Both the position numbers and the translations under genes were made by a program. DNA of 63,162 bases, counting the filler, from Octopus bimaculoides (Eukaryota): NCBI RefSeq assembly GCF_001194135.2. It is 5 parts of 5 records of this genome, joined end to end, with 100 filler letters (N's around TTAATTAATTAA, not from the genome) between each part and the next. Parts side by side here need not be neighbours in the genome. Positions count along the whole stretch, not along the records: positions 48,380 to 63,162 come from NC_068985.1; 4 more parts are not named here. One strand, 5' to 3'. Below, piece by piece: positions 51,150-63,162 of this stretch. How positions within the stretch are numbered: the stretch's first letter is position 1; each line of letters starts with the position of its first letter. The notes under the pieces are model-generated. The model was not told where the DNA came from and did not search any database. It saw only the letters and a program-made list of their open reading frames with translations.

Positions 51150-51600
51150 GACATGAGCTCAGAGAGATGCATAGTCGATGGTGGATCAATGAGTCTTACA
51201 GCGACATATATATCTTCGTTTGAGTCTAGCCCATGTGTATTCCACTTGCTGTGCGTCAATCCCCTTGATATACTCAACAACGTGCTTCGCAGTTCTATGC
51301 AAACATTTGTAGCCCGATACTAGTATACTCACCACAAGTAACTTTATATGGTTGTCTCCAATCGAATAGACAGCTGAATACACTCTATATTGTTGTTATA
51401 ATCAATAGCTGCGCTATTGTAAATTCTAAACTTCTACACAAATAAACGAACAGTCAGCCAAGAATAAACAGGGCCAGTATTCTGAGCAGTCGATTTCCAA
51501 TTTCCAGGCATATATCTTTCCAAGCAGTCAGATATTCACAACAGTTACGCTTGCTGCAGCGCCAATAAACTTTGTCATGAACTATTTTAATATTCATGGC
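51150..51600 (-). mobile_element. Merlin (ISXO2/IS1595-like) DNA transposase remnant, internally deleted
   Basis: N-terminal DKVYWRCSKRNC zinc-ribbon (ATG at 51597) and C-terminal VYS..GYK..HRTAKHVVEYIKGIDAQQVEYTWARLKRR, matching the ISXO2 pattern H.T.NH..EY..G...N.IE..W..LKR. Confidence 0.65.
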
Positions 51601-51927
51601 ATGTTACTTGTAACGCTTATTCTACCGTACCACTCCTTTGCCTTGAAAAAAATGTTTCATCATACTCCATTCCAAATCTTCACACAAATTTTCGAAATTC
51701 TTTCTCAAAACGCTCATTTTGGAAAATAGAAAAAATATTTAAAATAGAGAATAGAAACAACATGGCTTGTCGCATTGGGCCAAACATCTGATAAAATAAA
51801 GAATTTTAAATGACATGTTTACAGACAGATGAATAGTGACTTCGGGCAATTGGACAATAGAGCCTTACTATTGGTTGAAATTTCAGACCGTCAAATGTTT
51901 CTAACTTTTTTATTAAGAATTTCTATT

Positions 51928-52130
51928 AGGCGGCAAACCGGCAGAATCATCAGCATTCCAGATAAAAATGCTTTGCAGCATTCTCCCGCGTTTATACATT
52001 CAAATTATGCCGAGGTCGACTTTGTCGTTCATCTTTTCGGAGTCAACAAAATAAAAAAAACCTACTAGGATTGATGTAATCGACTAGCCACACATTTCAA
52101 AATTACTGACCTTCTGTTGAAAGTAGAAAG
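51928..52130 (+). mobile_element. gcggcgagctggcagaa-family SINE
   Basis: aggcggcaaaccggcagaatc..gccgaggtcgactttg..gatgtaatcgact. Confidence 0.75.
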
Positions 52131-53629
52131 AAATTGATCAATGCCTTTGACTGCAGAAGCAAACTTTACATGAAAAATGAATACTGTTCTTATTTGCTTG
52201 CAAAGTTATATCAGTACAGGAAATTTGAAAACATTTTGACGATGTGAAGGAAACCGCTTAGATATGATCATTTGATTTTGACAACAGTGTATTAATGGTG
52301 TTCTCCTCTTGTGCTGGGAGGATAGATGACCTACATTCTTTGTACATAAGCGGTTTTTAAAAATTAATCATTTGTACAGAAAAAGACAAAACTGAAACTG
52401 CAGACCATTTCAAATAACATATTACAACACTTTACACCTAGGCATTTGCCGTTCAACACCGATCATCCTTGCACTATGATAATTCTTATGAAAAGCATTA
52501 TAACCAAGACTATCGTATGTTTTTATTGGGGTAGAGTGTGTCTAAGATTACATTATCATGTTTCTTTATCTTTATTTTTTCCGGTAGAATAACAAATAAG
52601 GATGATTTGGTTGATATTTCAAACCGATATTTGCGTTTTCCCTCATAACTCGCAACAAGTTATTTATTTATCGAAGAGTGTAATACATGATTTTATCTTT
52701 TGTGCAATCAAATCTGTGACATTATTTAAATTGTCATTCATCACTGTTTATCTCTCTAATGACCTTGGGAAAACATAATAGTCGCAACTTTATATTCGGC
52801 TGTCCTTGAAATATAAGCATGTGACTCCTTCTTGAAGAAATCAATAATTCTCCTAGGAAATTGATAAATACTGCATAAGAAAATATAGCCCAATTTCTGG
52901 TTAGCACATTCTAGTTTTTAAATGCCAATTATGCGTTATTTATTATAGCGAACGTGGCCACGAAATTCATCCTTAAGTTTTTATCTCCAGTGCTACAAAA
53001 AAGCGCACTGACTAAAAAAAAAGGTGATATTCGGAGCATAATAGTAAACATAGCCAGTATCCTGTGTTTTCAGCTCAGTTTTTCTACTGTTCTTAAAACC
53101 TCTTGAAAGATGCATGACAGACACAAGCGTGACCTGAAGAACATTTCAGTTCGAATTATGACAGATCGAGCAACTCTGTAGACACGCATCCCTGTCAGCT
53201 CTGCTTTGATATGTCACTGAAGGATTTGCAGTAATTTTTGACTCATTTTATATATTATAAACTGCATTATACAAAGTGTTTGTAGTTTTTAAGAAAGTGG
53301 GAAGTAATTACTCTTTCTAACTGAGTAATACCACAAAACAGAGACTGACGCGCTCGTGGAGTTTATATTTTCAGTGTGAAAATTTAAATGGACGCAATGC
53401 GATGTCCAAAAGAGATAATAGAAGTAATAATACATACCATCATTGATCTGGTATCTTGATAAGTGATTAAATGGAGCACTTCTGAATAAGAATCACATAA
53501 ATATAAAACGTTTCTAGAGTTTTCGGTGATTTGTGTAAAAATGAGAATTCTAATTAAATTATTGTATTTGTTTTATTCTTCATTTGGAATCTTAAACTAA
53601 TTGTTAAATGTACTTTATGGTGATAGACA

Positions 53630-53860
53630 TTGGACAAATCTTAATCTGTCAGGAGGAAAGGCAATACCCTTGGATATTTACAGACCCCAAGACGGTCGGG
53701 AGAGTGAGAAGGTATCGTCAAAGTGGGTACTTGGCGAGAATACTTGTGACAGAATGGACCCCGATAAAGGCCAATAAAATGCCTGGTGGTGCTGTAAAAT
53801 TGGGCAATGGATTACCTCTAGTACCCACGATTTGGGTTTACAAACCTTGAGTTATTTTCA
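53630..53860 (+). mobile_element. Probable RTE LINE 3' end, decayed
   Basis: GYLAR..VTEWTP resembles the RTE C-terminal WAGH.AR...VTEW.P motif. Confidence 0.4.
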
Positions 53861-54730
53861 TGTCTTAAATTCATGCTTCGAACTATTTAAATGTACGTTA
53901 TTAAGATATTGATGTTTAGTCCTATGATTTAACAATCTTAGTTTCGATTTGTCCATTTTCTCAATGTAGTACATGACTTACGAAACATCTTGATTTTATA
54001 GTAAAAAGAAAAACAGAAAAAAAGAACTATTGGAAAATTACTCTGTAATCAACATTCCAAATTCTTGCCCTCCGATGAAAATCTGTATATATAAAATATT
54101 TACCCAAAGTGAACATACTCCGACGTTTAACGAGACAGCAGAGAAGTCGCTCGCAATTTACATTCTGACTCCATGACAAACATTCTCCAAGCCTGAGATT
54201 CTTAATATGCATACAATGAAAATGTCCAGTAAGTATTTAAGTAGATTTACTAGAATTAAATAGCTGATTCTAGTAAAAAGCAGTTTTTACGAAACTGTCC
54301 TTAATGGGTACTGCGAGTTTATGAGAGTCTGTCATGGAATCATATACGACATTTTATCGTCTTATCCGAACAAAAGTGGGGTCAAATATGTTAAAGATCA
54401 CTGAAGACAGCAGTAAGCAAACACAGCCATGCAAAAATAGCAAAGAAATAATACTCATAATTTTCTTAACACTGTATGAAAGTCTTTCAGGCGTCGAATA
54501 GAATGTCTCGCAACAAGGTTGATTTCATACTACGGTGATTGTTATATATATACTACTAGTCAAGTACTAGTGATTATTCAACCTTGTTCTTTCTTTATTT
54601 TCCGCTTTGACAATAGACTAAATCTTAAAAGATGTATGCATAAACACATTCGATGGAAAACACGGAAAATGTCATCATATTCACCTCGATCATTCCACGA
54701 CAAACAGATAGCAACTGTAATGTAACTCAC

Positions 54731-54846
54731 TAGGTGCGTGCGTCGATCTAATAGAGAAAAGGGAGGAGGTATTTTTACAATGGCTCCGGAGAGAAGGAAT
54801 TTTGAACATCGATGTAATTTGAACTGCAACGATAACAGCAGCGTGG
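54731..54846 (-). CDS. Candidate 116-nt exon
   Basis: tttgcgatatttag| acceptor and |gtgagt donor; two frames are open, so the product is ambiguous. Confidence 0.25.
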
Positions 54847-55899
54847 CTAAATATCGCAAAGCATTTTATCTCATCAAATACTGCAAGATATTTATTTAAT
54901 CCAATTGTTTGATTTAGGTTCTGATTACACGATAAAAAAAAAGTTCTCTTTAATACTGTCCTTGCCTTTGTTCGATAGAAAGGAAAAGTAAAGCTACAGA
55001 TTCGGGATGGAGAGTGATTGAACTGATAGAGTACATGAATGATACAAATTATATCGACATCCAAACGATGAAAAGTAGACGACGTGACATGAATTTGAAC
55101 TTAGAGTGTCTAGAAGCATAATTCACTACCGCAGGCATATTGTCTGGGGTACTATCGATTCTAAATGAGCGGTTACAATATATTTCGGAATTTTAATCTA
55201 GATAACACAGGAGGGATCTGGCATACACGTCTATATATATCTAGAACCAAACCAGAGGGGGGTTTTCTTGATGCCTCTGTCAATATTTTAAATTCCATTC
55301 ACCATAGTCCAAGATTTGATCTTAATATTCCAAGTATATTATACCTATATTGCCTAAAGACGACTATCTATATATTATAAAAGAAGAAATATATTATATA
55401 TATATATTGGCACCGAACGTTAAATACATTATTGGTTTTTATTTAGAACATCATTTATTTTTTACGAGGCAGAAGACCAAATCTTTGTAGGAAAGAATTA
55501 TAAATGCTTTGAATCGATCCAGTGTAATATTGGTACTTATATTTTCTGGAAGCATAACAGATGAATACAATCACAGCTTGACTTTAAGTGAGTAACATGT
55601 GTCTAGTATCTAAAAAATATATCAACAGTAGCCAGAAGGCTTTAAGTTAATTGCACCACGGTGAAATAAAATAAAATAATCAGAATGAAATTGAAAAGTC
55701 TCTAGAACGCTGTCGGACCAAATGCTACCGGTCTTTCTAATTAAGAAAATATTTCAGCGATTGAACTAAAGCTCGCTTCGTAACTACAACATTCTAGGCT
55801 CGATCCCACTGCGTGGAATCTTAGGTTACATGTCGCTTTATTTATTCTCAATTTGCATCATTCACTGTGAATGAAATTGTGTAGATGGAACAAAGTATA

Positions 55900-57050
55900 T
55901 ATCCCACAACTATATGCATGAAGATACATACATAAATGAAAATATAGAAATCTGCACATGCACTAACTCCAAATACGACACATATATACACGTTCACGCA
56001 AAAATACCCTTTTGATGTGGTTGAAATTCCAAGGAGCCTCGGATCTAGGTTAGGAAACGGCTCTTTCATTACTGGCAAGAAATCTTGAAATAAAATTGAA
56101 TAACATACATACATATATACATCCATACATACATACATAAACACACACACACATACATACAAACATACATACATACATACACACATACATACATACATAC
56201 ATAAACACACACACATACATACATACATACACACATACATACATACATACATACATACATACATACATACATAGATTCAAGCCATCAATGGAACTGTAAA
56301 GATACGTAAAACTTTCCAAACATTTAGCACATAAATACATATGCATGCATCTAGACATAAAAACGCATCCATAAAACAAACATAGAAATCTGCTCATACA
56401 CTAACACCAAATACTGCACACACACACATATGCACAAATACCTAGATGATGTTGATAAAAGTTCNNNNNNNNNNACTAACACCAAATACTGCACACACAC
56501 ACATATGCACAAATACCTAGATGATGTTGATAAAAGTTCCAATGAAGGAGCCTTGAATCTATGTTAGAGTCCGGCTCTTTCTCTATGGACAAGAAATACA
56601 GAAATGAAACTGATTGATAACATACATAAGAGAAACGAGAATACCGACGCTGAATTATTGCGATATCTGGAGTTACTTTATTCAGATTACAAGTTCAGCT
56701 TTGTACACCAATCTTCTCAAAACCAGAAAGGAGAAAGCTAATTCGAAGACTACAGAACCAATCCACTATTGGAACTGTAAAAGAATCTGTAAAACTTTCC
56801 AGAAGGTTATCATTTAAGTATATATGAGCATGTCTAGATATGCAACTATATACATGAGAATACATACATAAAACAAAACATAGAAATCTGCACATGTACA
56901 GAATATCTTGTTGTTGATGTTGAAATTCCAGTGAGAAGCCATGTATCTAGGTTAGAAACCATCTCTTTCTATATTGGCAAGACATCTTGAAATAAAACTG
57001 TATAATGGCATACATACATATATAGATACATACATATGTACGTACATAAC
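55900..57050 (+). repeat. Locally tandem (~3 units of 400-500 bp) and dispersed repeat
   Basis: The block gaaattcca..gagcct..gatcta.gttag..ctctttc occurs at ~56020, 56535 and 56920, and also at 6030. Confidence 0.75.
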
Positions 57051-57120
57051 TCTGTGTGTGTATATAGAGACAAAGTGGATGTAAGAAATAAAATGAATAA
57101 AGAATGCTTGTGAGAATATT

Positions 57121-57305
57121 GGTTTCAGATTTTGGTACAAGGCCAGCAATTTCGGAGAGGAGTAAGTCTTTTTCATCGACTGATTCAGCTCAGCTGAAAG
57201 GCACAGTTGACCTCGGCAGAATTTGAACTCAGAACGTAGTGACGGACAAAATGCCGCTAAGCATTTCGCCCGGCCATGCTAACCATTCTAACTGCTCAGC
57301 GCCTT
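57121..57305 (-). mobile_element. gcggcgagctggcagaa-family SINE with a 17-bp TSD
   Basis: Flanked by atgcttgtgagaatatt (57104-57120) and atgcgtgtgagaatatt (57306-57322). Confidence 0.85.
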
Positions 57306-60189
57306 ATGCGTGTGAGAATATTAAATGTAAGCCTATCCTTTCCTTTCTATGCTTCCTTTAGACTAACATCACTTGACTGACTGATTCTTTTCCCCTCCCA
57401 CACTTCGATAACAAGAATATCCTGCGTGGAAGAAAATAAACCACACGTACAGATATGGAAGCCACTAATGCTAAAAATAATTGTATCGTTGTTTTTCTTT
57501 AACGCCTGTATTTGTGTCACCCAACCCTAAAATCTATAAAAAAACTATTTCAGTCATGTAAAGTTTTGCATAGTTATTCTATCACCCATACCATCACTAG
57601 TTTTCTAAGATTTTGGTGTTTATTTACTGTCTTTAGCGCTAACTAAACAACTCTACATTTGTGTAAAATTAGAAACAAGTACCCTGTTGCTAAGTGGCAA
57701 CGTATCTTTGACTACCTTCTCTGTGACATATATCGTTAACAATTCATCTGTCTCACTAATTATGAAAAAGTCCGTAAAGATAAGGTCGGATGGAATTTAA
57801 AGTACTAATATGGTTTTCCATTTTTATGTTTATAATATAAAAATATTTTACAATTATCTTCGATAGATATATAGTTTCAGTTTTCAACTTGGGAAGAAAA
57901 GGGTAAGCTTCTCTTGTAAATTATGGATTTCACAGGTGTGGAAATGAGCCACTTCAAAAATCCCTGCTGTGACATAACAGGATCCAGCGGTGCAAGCAAT
58001 GCTACAATTTTAAAGTGCTTTGGATGAGTAACAATATCTCTGCACTCAAATACGCGAATACGTATACACTTGCACTCATAAACACACAGACGAATGCCCA
58101 CATAAGGCGTGCTTGTGTGTGTGTGTGTGTGTGTGCGTGTGTGTGTGTGTGTGTGAGTATCCATTAATCTAAGCATTTTGTTCTTTCTCGATTGCTATGT
58201 ACATATATATAATCCAATTCATGCATGCACTCACACGCACACAGAAACAAACACACACATATACACACACTCTCAGAAACACACACGCGCGCCCACATAT
58301 ACATAGCCNNNNNNNNNNNNNNNNNNNNNNNNNNNNNNNNNNNNNNNNNNNNNNNNNNNNNNNNNNNNNNNNNNNNNNNNNNNNNNNNNNNNNNNNNNNN
58401 NNNNNNNNNNNNNNNNNNNNNNNNNNNNNNNNNNNNNNNNNNNNNNNNNNNNNNNNNNNNNNNNNNNNNNNNNNNNNNNNNNNNNNNNNNNNNNNNNNNN
58501 NNNNNNNNNNNNNNNNNNNNNNNNNNNNNNNNNNNNNNNNNNNNNNNNNNNNNNNNNNNNNNNNNNNNNNNNNNNNNNNNNNNNNNNNNNNNNNNNNNNN
58601 NNNNNNNNNNNNNNNNNNNNNNNNNNNNNNNNNNNNNNNNNNNNNNNNNNNNNNTATATATATATATGCATATACACACACACATGCACACGCGGACACA
58701 CACACACAAACATATATACATATATATATGCATATATACATACATACAGATAGATAGATAGATATGTACACACACGCACGTACACAAGTATATACGTACT
58801 GACACACACACAAAATTATAACTTTAATTCTACCGTAGTTATTCACCGTCCTCATAACACTAAATCACACAGAACCCACTCGTTATCAAAACACCAGAGT
58901 TCCTTTCACGGCAAATACGGATACATTATTCAGAAATATATTACTCAATACCCGTTTACGTTGCATTCCATCGTACTATATAGCATTATGCCTCTACGTC
59001 TCTTACTTCTCCACATCATATCATGTACATTTATGTATCTGTGTACGGTTGGGAGACTACACTCTATAATTGGTTATTACGTTTGTGGTTCGGTGCTCGG
59101 AGTTCGTAAAGATTTCCATTATACATAGTACAGTTCATTGAACCTAAACATCTGGTTTTGTTATGATATCTTTAGTACAGAGCGGTTTATGTTTTTCCTT
59201 TGTATGTGGTTATATCTGTCATATGTATAATTTGCATTAAACTCTGGGAACTGTGGTGGTTAAGTGTAGAGGCCTGAATCTAAGTGTGATATTAAAGATT
59301 AATCTTTCTATAATGTTTGAGGTTGTTCTTAGTATGGTTCGTCTTGGCTCTGTGAGATGCTGCTGCATTTGGATATTTGTTGGAATGAAAAATTGATGTG
59401 TAAATATCCAGTTTTTTAGATTCTGCAAGTTAGATACAGATGAAAAGCAAAGTAGACAGTGCTATTAGTTTTATAGTATCTACGAAATTCGGATGAGTGT
59501 TTCTTTCCTTGTGTTTTCAATACTTCAAACGGGCCTAATTACTTCATCGTTAAATACAGGGTGCCTCGAGTATTTTAAACCTAGTGCCGACTATTCCTTT
59601 CCAGATATGAATATAGTCAAATTATTCTAAAGATAAAAAGAAAAAAACGGCGAGGCGTGTGTGTGTGAGAGAGAGAGAGTGAGAGATAGAAAGAGAAAGA
59701 GAGACAGAGAGAGGGAGAGAGCGAGAGAGAGATAGGGAGAGAGCGAGAGAGAGAGAGAATATTTATCCTAGTACTTTATTGATATTTACTTTACCATACT
59801 TGAAATGGTAAATAACAAACTCACACAGGCAGGATTTGAATAGAGATCCGGAAAGAATACCGGAAAGACAAGTGTTCGACGTTATCGTGTCTCTACCAAA
59901 TCGCAATCTTCAGATATGCTGTTTTATCATTTCCTGATGTTTTAGTACTTTTAGATCTCAACACTACATTTTATAGTCTGGTGGAAAGAATGAAGACGGT
60001 AAAGTTATCAATCCTATCGGCCTTCTCGAAAGGCTTGAAAAGTCACGTGAACTTCCCATGAAGCTCCCCCATCACTGACATTCATGCAAAAATATTAATA
60101 CCACGGGAAGTCAACAAATCTCACCAAACTTATTTTTAGGTTGGCTACACTGCCTTCAAGGATCGCTTACTAAAAGCTGGTACACTTCT

Positions 60190-61028
60190 GGTTACGTGAC
60201 TGACGTTTGACTTTGATCGTTTCAGCTTTCTTTGTGGGACTAAATATGGCCGCCCCGCTGGCAGTGTGCACCAAGGAAGAACAGAGATCAATGCACCGAT
60301 TTCTCTGCTCTTAAGGTGTGTCAGGGGCTGGAATTCATCGTAGGCTTTCTGTACAATCAGGGAACAGCGCCCTATTGCGTAGAAGTGTATGCCTGGATCG
60401 AGAATTTTAACAAAATGGCCGGATATGCGTGCAGCACGAAAAGAGAGTAAGACGCTCATCAACCTCTGCCTATTCATCTGGCGAACCGATGAATCACAAT
60501 TGATGAGATGGCATGTTCTCTGCAACTTAATCCTGGTTCTGCATGCGAAATCATCCACACGCTTCGATTCCGTAAAATCTGTGTGAGATGGGTACTAAGA
60601 GAACTTACAGAAACACATGTGCGCAATTGTATAGAGATCTGCCGACGCTTACTCGACCTGTACAAGTATGAAGGCGAAGATTTTTAGAGACAAAGGAGAT
60701 GAGATATGGGTCCATGGATTTGAGCCACAATCCCATAGACAGAGTATGGTGTGAAAACGCCTGAAATCGTTAGCCAAAAGAAATTCAAGTTTCAAACTTC
60801 TGTAGAAAAGGGGATGCGGGCTGAATTTTGGGACGCAAAAGGAATTATATTGGAGCACTACCTGGAAAAGGAGTCTACAGTCACCAGTGTGAGCTACAGT
60901 GAAATGCTGGCCAAAAAACTGAAACCAGCAATTCCCACCAAATACGGACTCTTGTCAAAGCAACTGTAATTGTTGCACGACATTGCACACCCACATAAAT
61001 ATGCATGTATGTGTGTGTGTATGTATGA

Positions 61029-61074
<46 letters not shown>

Positions 61075-61200
61075 TCATGTGTGTGTATGCACGTGTGCAT
61101 GTGTCTGTGTGTATACATATATATACATATACACATGCACACAAATACATCCCAAAAAGCCGGCCTTCGAGTATCATAAAATTGAAGAACCTATAAAAAA
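60190..61200 (+). mobile_element. Mariner (DD34D) transposase pseudogene
   Basis: ATG at 60246 reads MAAPLAVCTKEEQRS..FL..GVSGA.IHRRLS..WIE.F; later DE.WVH.FEP, FWDAKGIILEHYLEK..TVTS..YSEML.KKLKPAI and LLHD.A.PH; multiple stops and frameshifts, and a microsatellite insertion at ~61000-61140. Confidence 0.9.
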
Positions 61201-61897
61201 TTAAAACAAGAGGTAACATCAATAATTCTTTATTTCCATAAACAAAATTTATCTTTCAAAAGTTTCCCGTGTTAAAACTTCATCCGGGCTTTTCATTTCA
61301 TATTTTTGTCTTTCGGTATATCGTTTCCCCATATTTCCGACCTTGATTTGCCAGCTTTCTACACTGAGAACGTCGTTTCAATGAAACTTAATATAATTTT
61401 GACTTTCAAAAAACCCTTCATAAGAAAAAGCATGTTTTTATTATCTTGAATGAGATCCATGGATTCCGTCTGGAGGAGAAGCATTTGATAAATAATAAAA
61501 CTGAACGTTAGAAGCATTCTGTCCCAAACCAATACAAACATACATAAGTAAATGTTAAAGGAATAAACCTAATGTTAATGCTGTATCTAATTTCTGAATT
61601 GTTTAAATATGGTTATTCAACCAACATCTAGTTGTTTGCTCTCCAATACATCTTCCATTTTATACTTCTTCTATCACATTTTGCATGCTGGACTAAGTAA
61701 AGTCTTTATAGTCTGGTGAGAATTTTGTCACAGGTTAATGAATGAACATAGCGCAAAAAGTCTTCTCTCAGAGTTACTCTGTTTCCGAATATGTGCCTTT
61801 CAATGGATGTGCTCCTGAAGGAGCTGGGCTTCTAAGACAGCAAACCATACGGACGGACACACACACGCGCACGTGAACACACACACACACGCACGTG

Positions 61898-61945
<48 letters not shown>

Positions 61946-61955
61946 TATATACATA

Positions 61956-62337
61956 CAGAGCCGAATTAAGACCCGTTGAGGCCCTAAGCACTTAAAATAT
62001 TTATTGCCCCCATAAAGATTATATAATTAAAAATACAATGACAAACCATGAAATATATTTTTATTTTTCAAAACGAAACAAAACAGTAAGAGGGGAAAAT
62101 AATGTTTATTTTTGTATACTTCCACTTTATTTATATTTGAAAAGTTTCATCCTACTATTTTGAATTGCAAAGTCTTTGATCAGATCCTCAAAATTAATCT
62201 TATGTAACACATTAGCATCTATACTTAGTAACGATAAACGCATCCCGAATATTATTTTAACAAGTTTAAAGTGACTTTTAGGGTGCCGTAAAGCCCTAAG
62301 CCCATGCCTATTTTGCTTAATAGTTAACCAGCGGTGT
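61956..62337. mobile_element. Possible hAT-like non-autonomous element
   Basis: Degenerate termini cagagccgaattaa / ttaaccagcggtg, with the subterminal motif gccctaagc near both ends. Confidence 0.4.
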
Positions 62338-62784
62338 AGNNNNNNNNNNNNNNNNNNNNNNNNNNNNNNNNNNNNNNNNNNNNNNNNNNNNNNNNNNNNN
62401 NNNNATATATATATATATATATATATAATTTTATTTAAAAGAGTTCCAACTCTGTTTTTTATGTTTTTTATTTATATTCTTGTAAAATTTATGTGGGATA
62501 TAGAATATGGAATATATAATATATAATATATAATATAACAAAAGATGGATGGTACAATGAAATGAAGTATTGAATGTCTTATTGAATATATGGAATATGT
62601 CTTATTGAATATATGAAATATTGAGTGTTCAATATAAAGGATTAAATTTACAAATATATAAAGGCTAATACGTATTTTCTATACCTTGTGGTATTTCATC
62701 ATGGCCGGTATGACAGACTGTAACAGACTGTAATAGACTGGCTGGTTTTCTGTCTATACCTATTCCTTTGGACAGCAGCAGTGT

Positions 62785-62980
62785 GTGTTTGGCTATTTTT
62801 ACAGTTGATGTGAAGTTTATTTTTAGAAATGATGACATTTGATAGATTTTTTGTGTTTTGGTTATAGGGATAAGACTTTTGAACACCAGTAGGTGTTTGG
62901 CTATTTTTAGAAATGATGACATTTGAGAGATTTTTTGTGTTTTAGTTATAGGGATAAGATTTTTAAACCCCAAGTAGGAT
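62785..62980. repeat. ~80-bp imperfect tandem duplication
   Basis: tatttttagaaatgatgacatttga.agattttttgtgtttt.gttatagggataaga occurs twice. Confidence 0.9.
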
Positions 62981-63162
62981 AAATTTAATCATTCTTTGTT
63001 AAGAGTAGGTTTGAATTTCTTAATAAAGTCTTTTTCTTTGCATTTTCTCTCAATTTCATTCCGGTTGTAAAGTTTATGGAATGGAAATATAATAAAGGTT
63101 TGATAACCACATGTTGCCAGATGGTTACTCAGTGGTATTTGGCGGACTTCTGGGTTTTTAAT

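Noticed and set aside
54513-54588. 11-bp inverted repeat aacaaggttga/tcaaccttgtt as a pre-miRNA
   Set aside because: The interior does not pair continuously.
57880-58030. Exon-like segments on both strands
   Set aside because: The plus-strand model needs a 33-nt intron or hits a stop; the minus-strand splice sites are weak.
59237-59428. 63-aa minus ORF possibly from a LINE 3' end
   Set aside because: No diagnostic RT or endonuclease motif that I can name with confidence.
62665-62973. 102-aa ORF with an internal repeat
   Set aside because: Explained by an ~80-bp tandem DNA duplication in AT-rich sequence; no splice or homology support.

Overview
AT-rich eukaryotic (animal) genomic DNA, dense in microsatellites and broken by many N gaps. 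The SINE and repeat content looks like an octopod (Octopus-type) draft assembly; this is an inference from repeat pattern recognition, not a database result. No complete protein-coding gene, rRNA, true tRNA gene or CRISPR array is supported. Nearly all ORFs in the track are microsatellite or N-gap artefacts. The window is mainly a TE graveyard: several tRNA-derived SINE families, four Tc1/mariner remnants plus a mariner 5' end, a Merlin (ISXO2-like) remnant, RTE LINE fragments, an APE-LINE fragment, R4/Dong-like RLE LINE 3' ends, three Penelope-like (GIY-YIG) remnants and foldback MITEs. A few candidate host exons are scattered among them. Best observations: (1) minimal type-I hammerhead ribozyme motifs in three apparently unrelated repeats; an intact one can be rebuilt from two decayed copies of a short repeat. 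(2) That repeat's (TAA)n tract was hit in both copies by an RLE LINE. (3) Two different SINE copies sit between three copies of one 15-bp target sequence. (4) A duplicated 114-nt exon shows a synonymous-change signature, and one copy is pseudogenised. (5) Four TTAATTAATTAA six-frame-stop linkers mark artificial scaffold joins, so long-range contiguity is uncertain.
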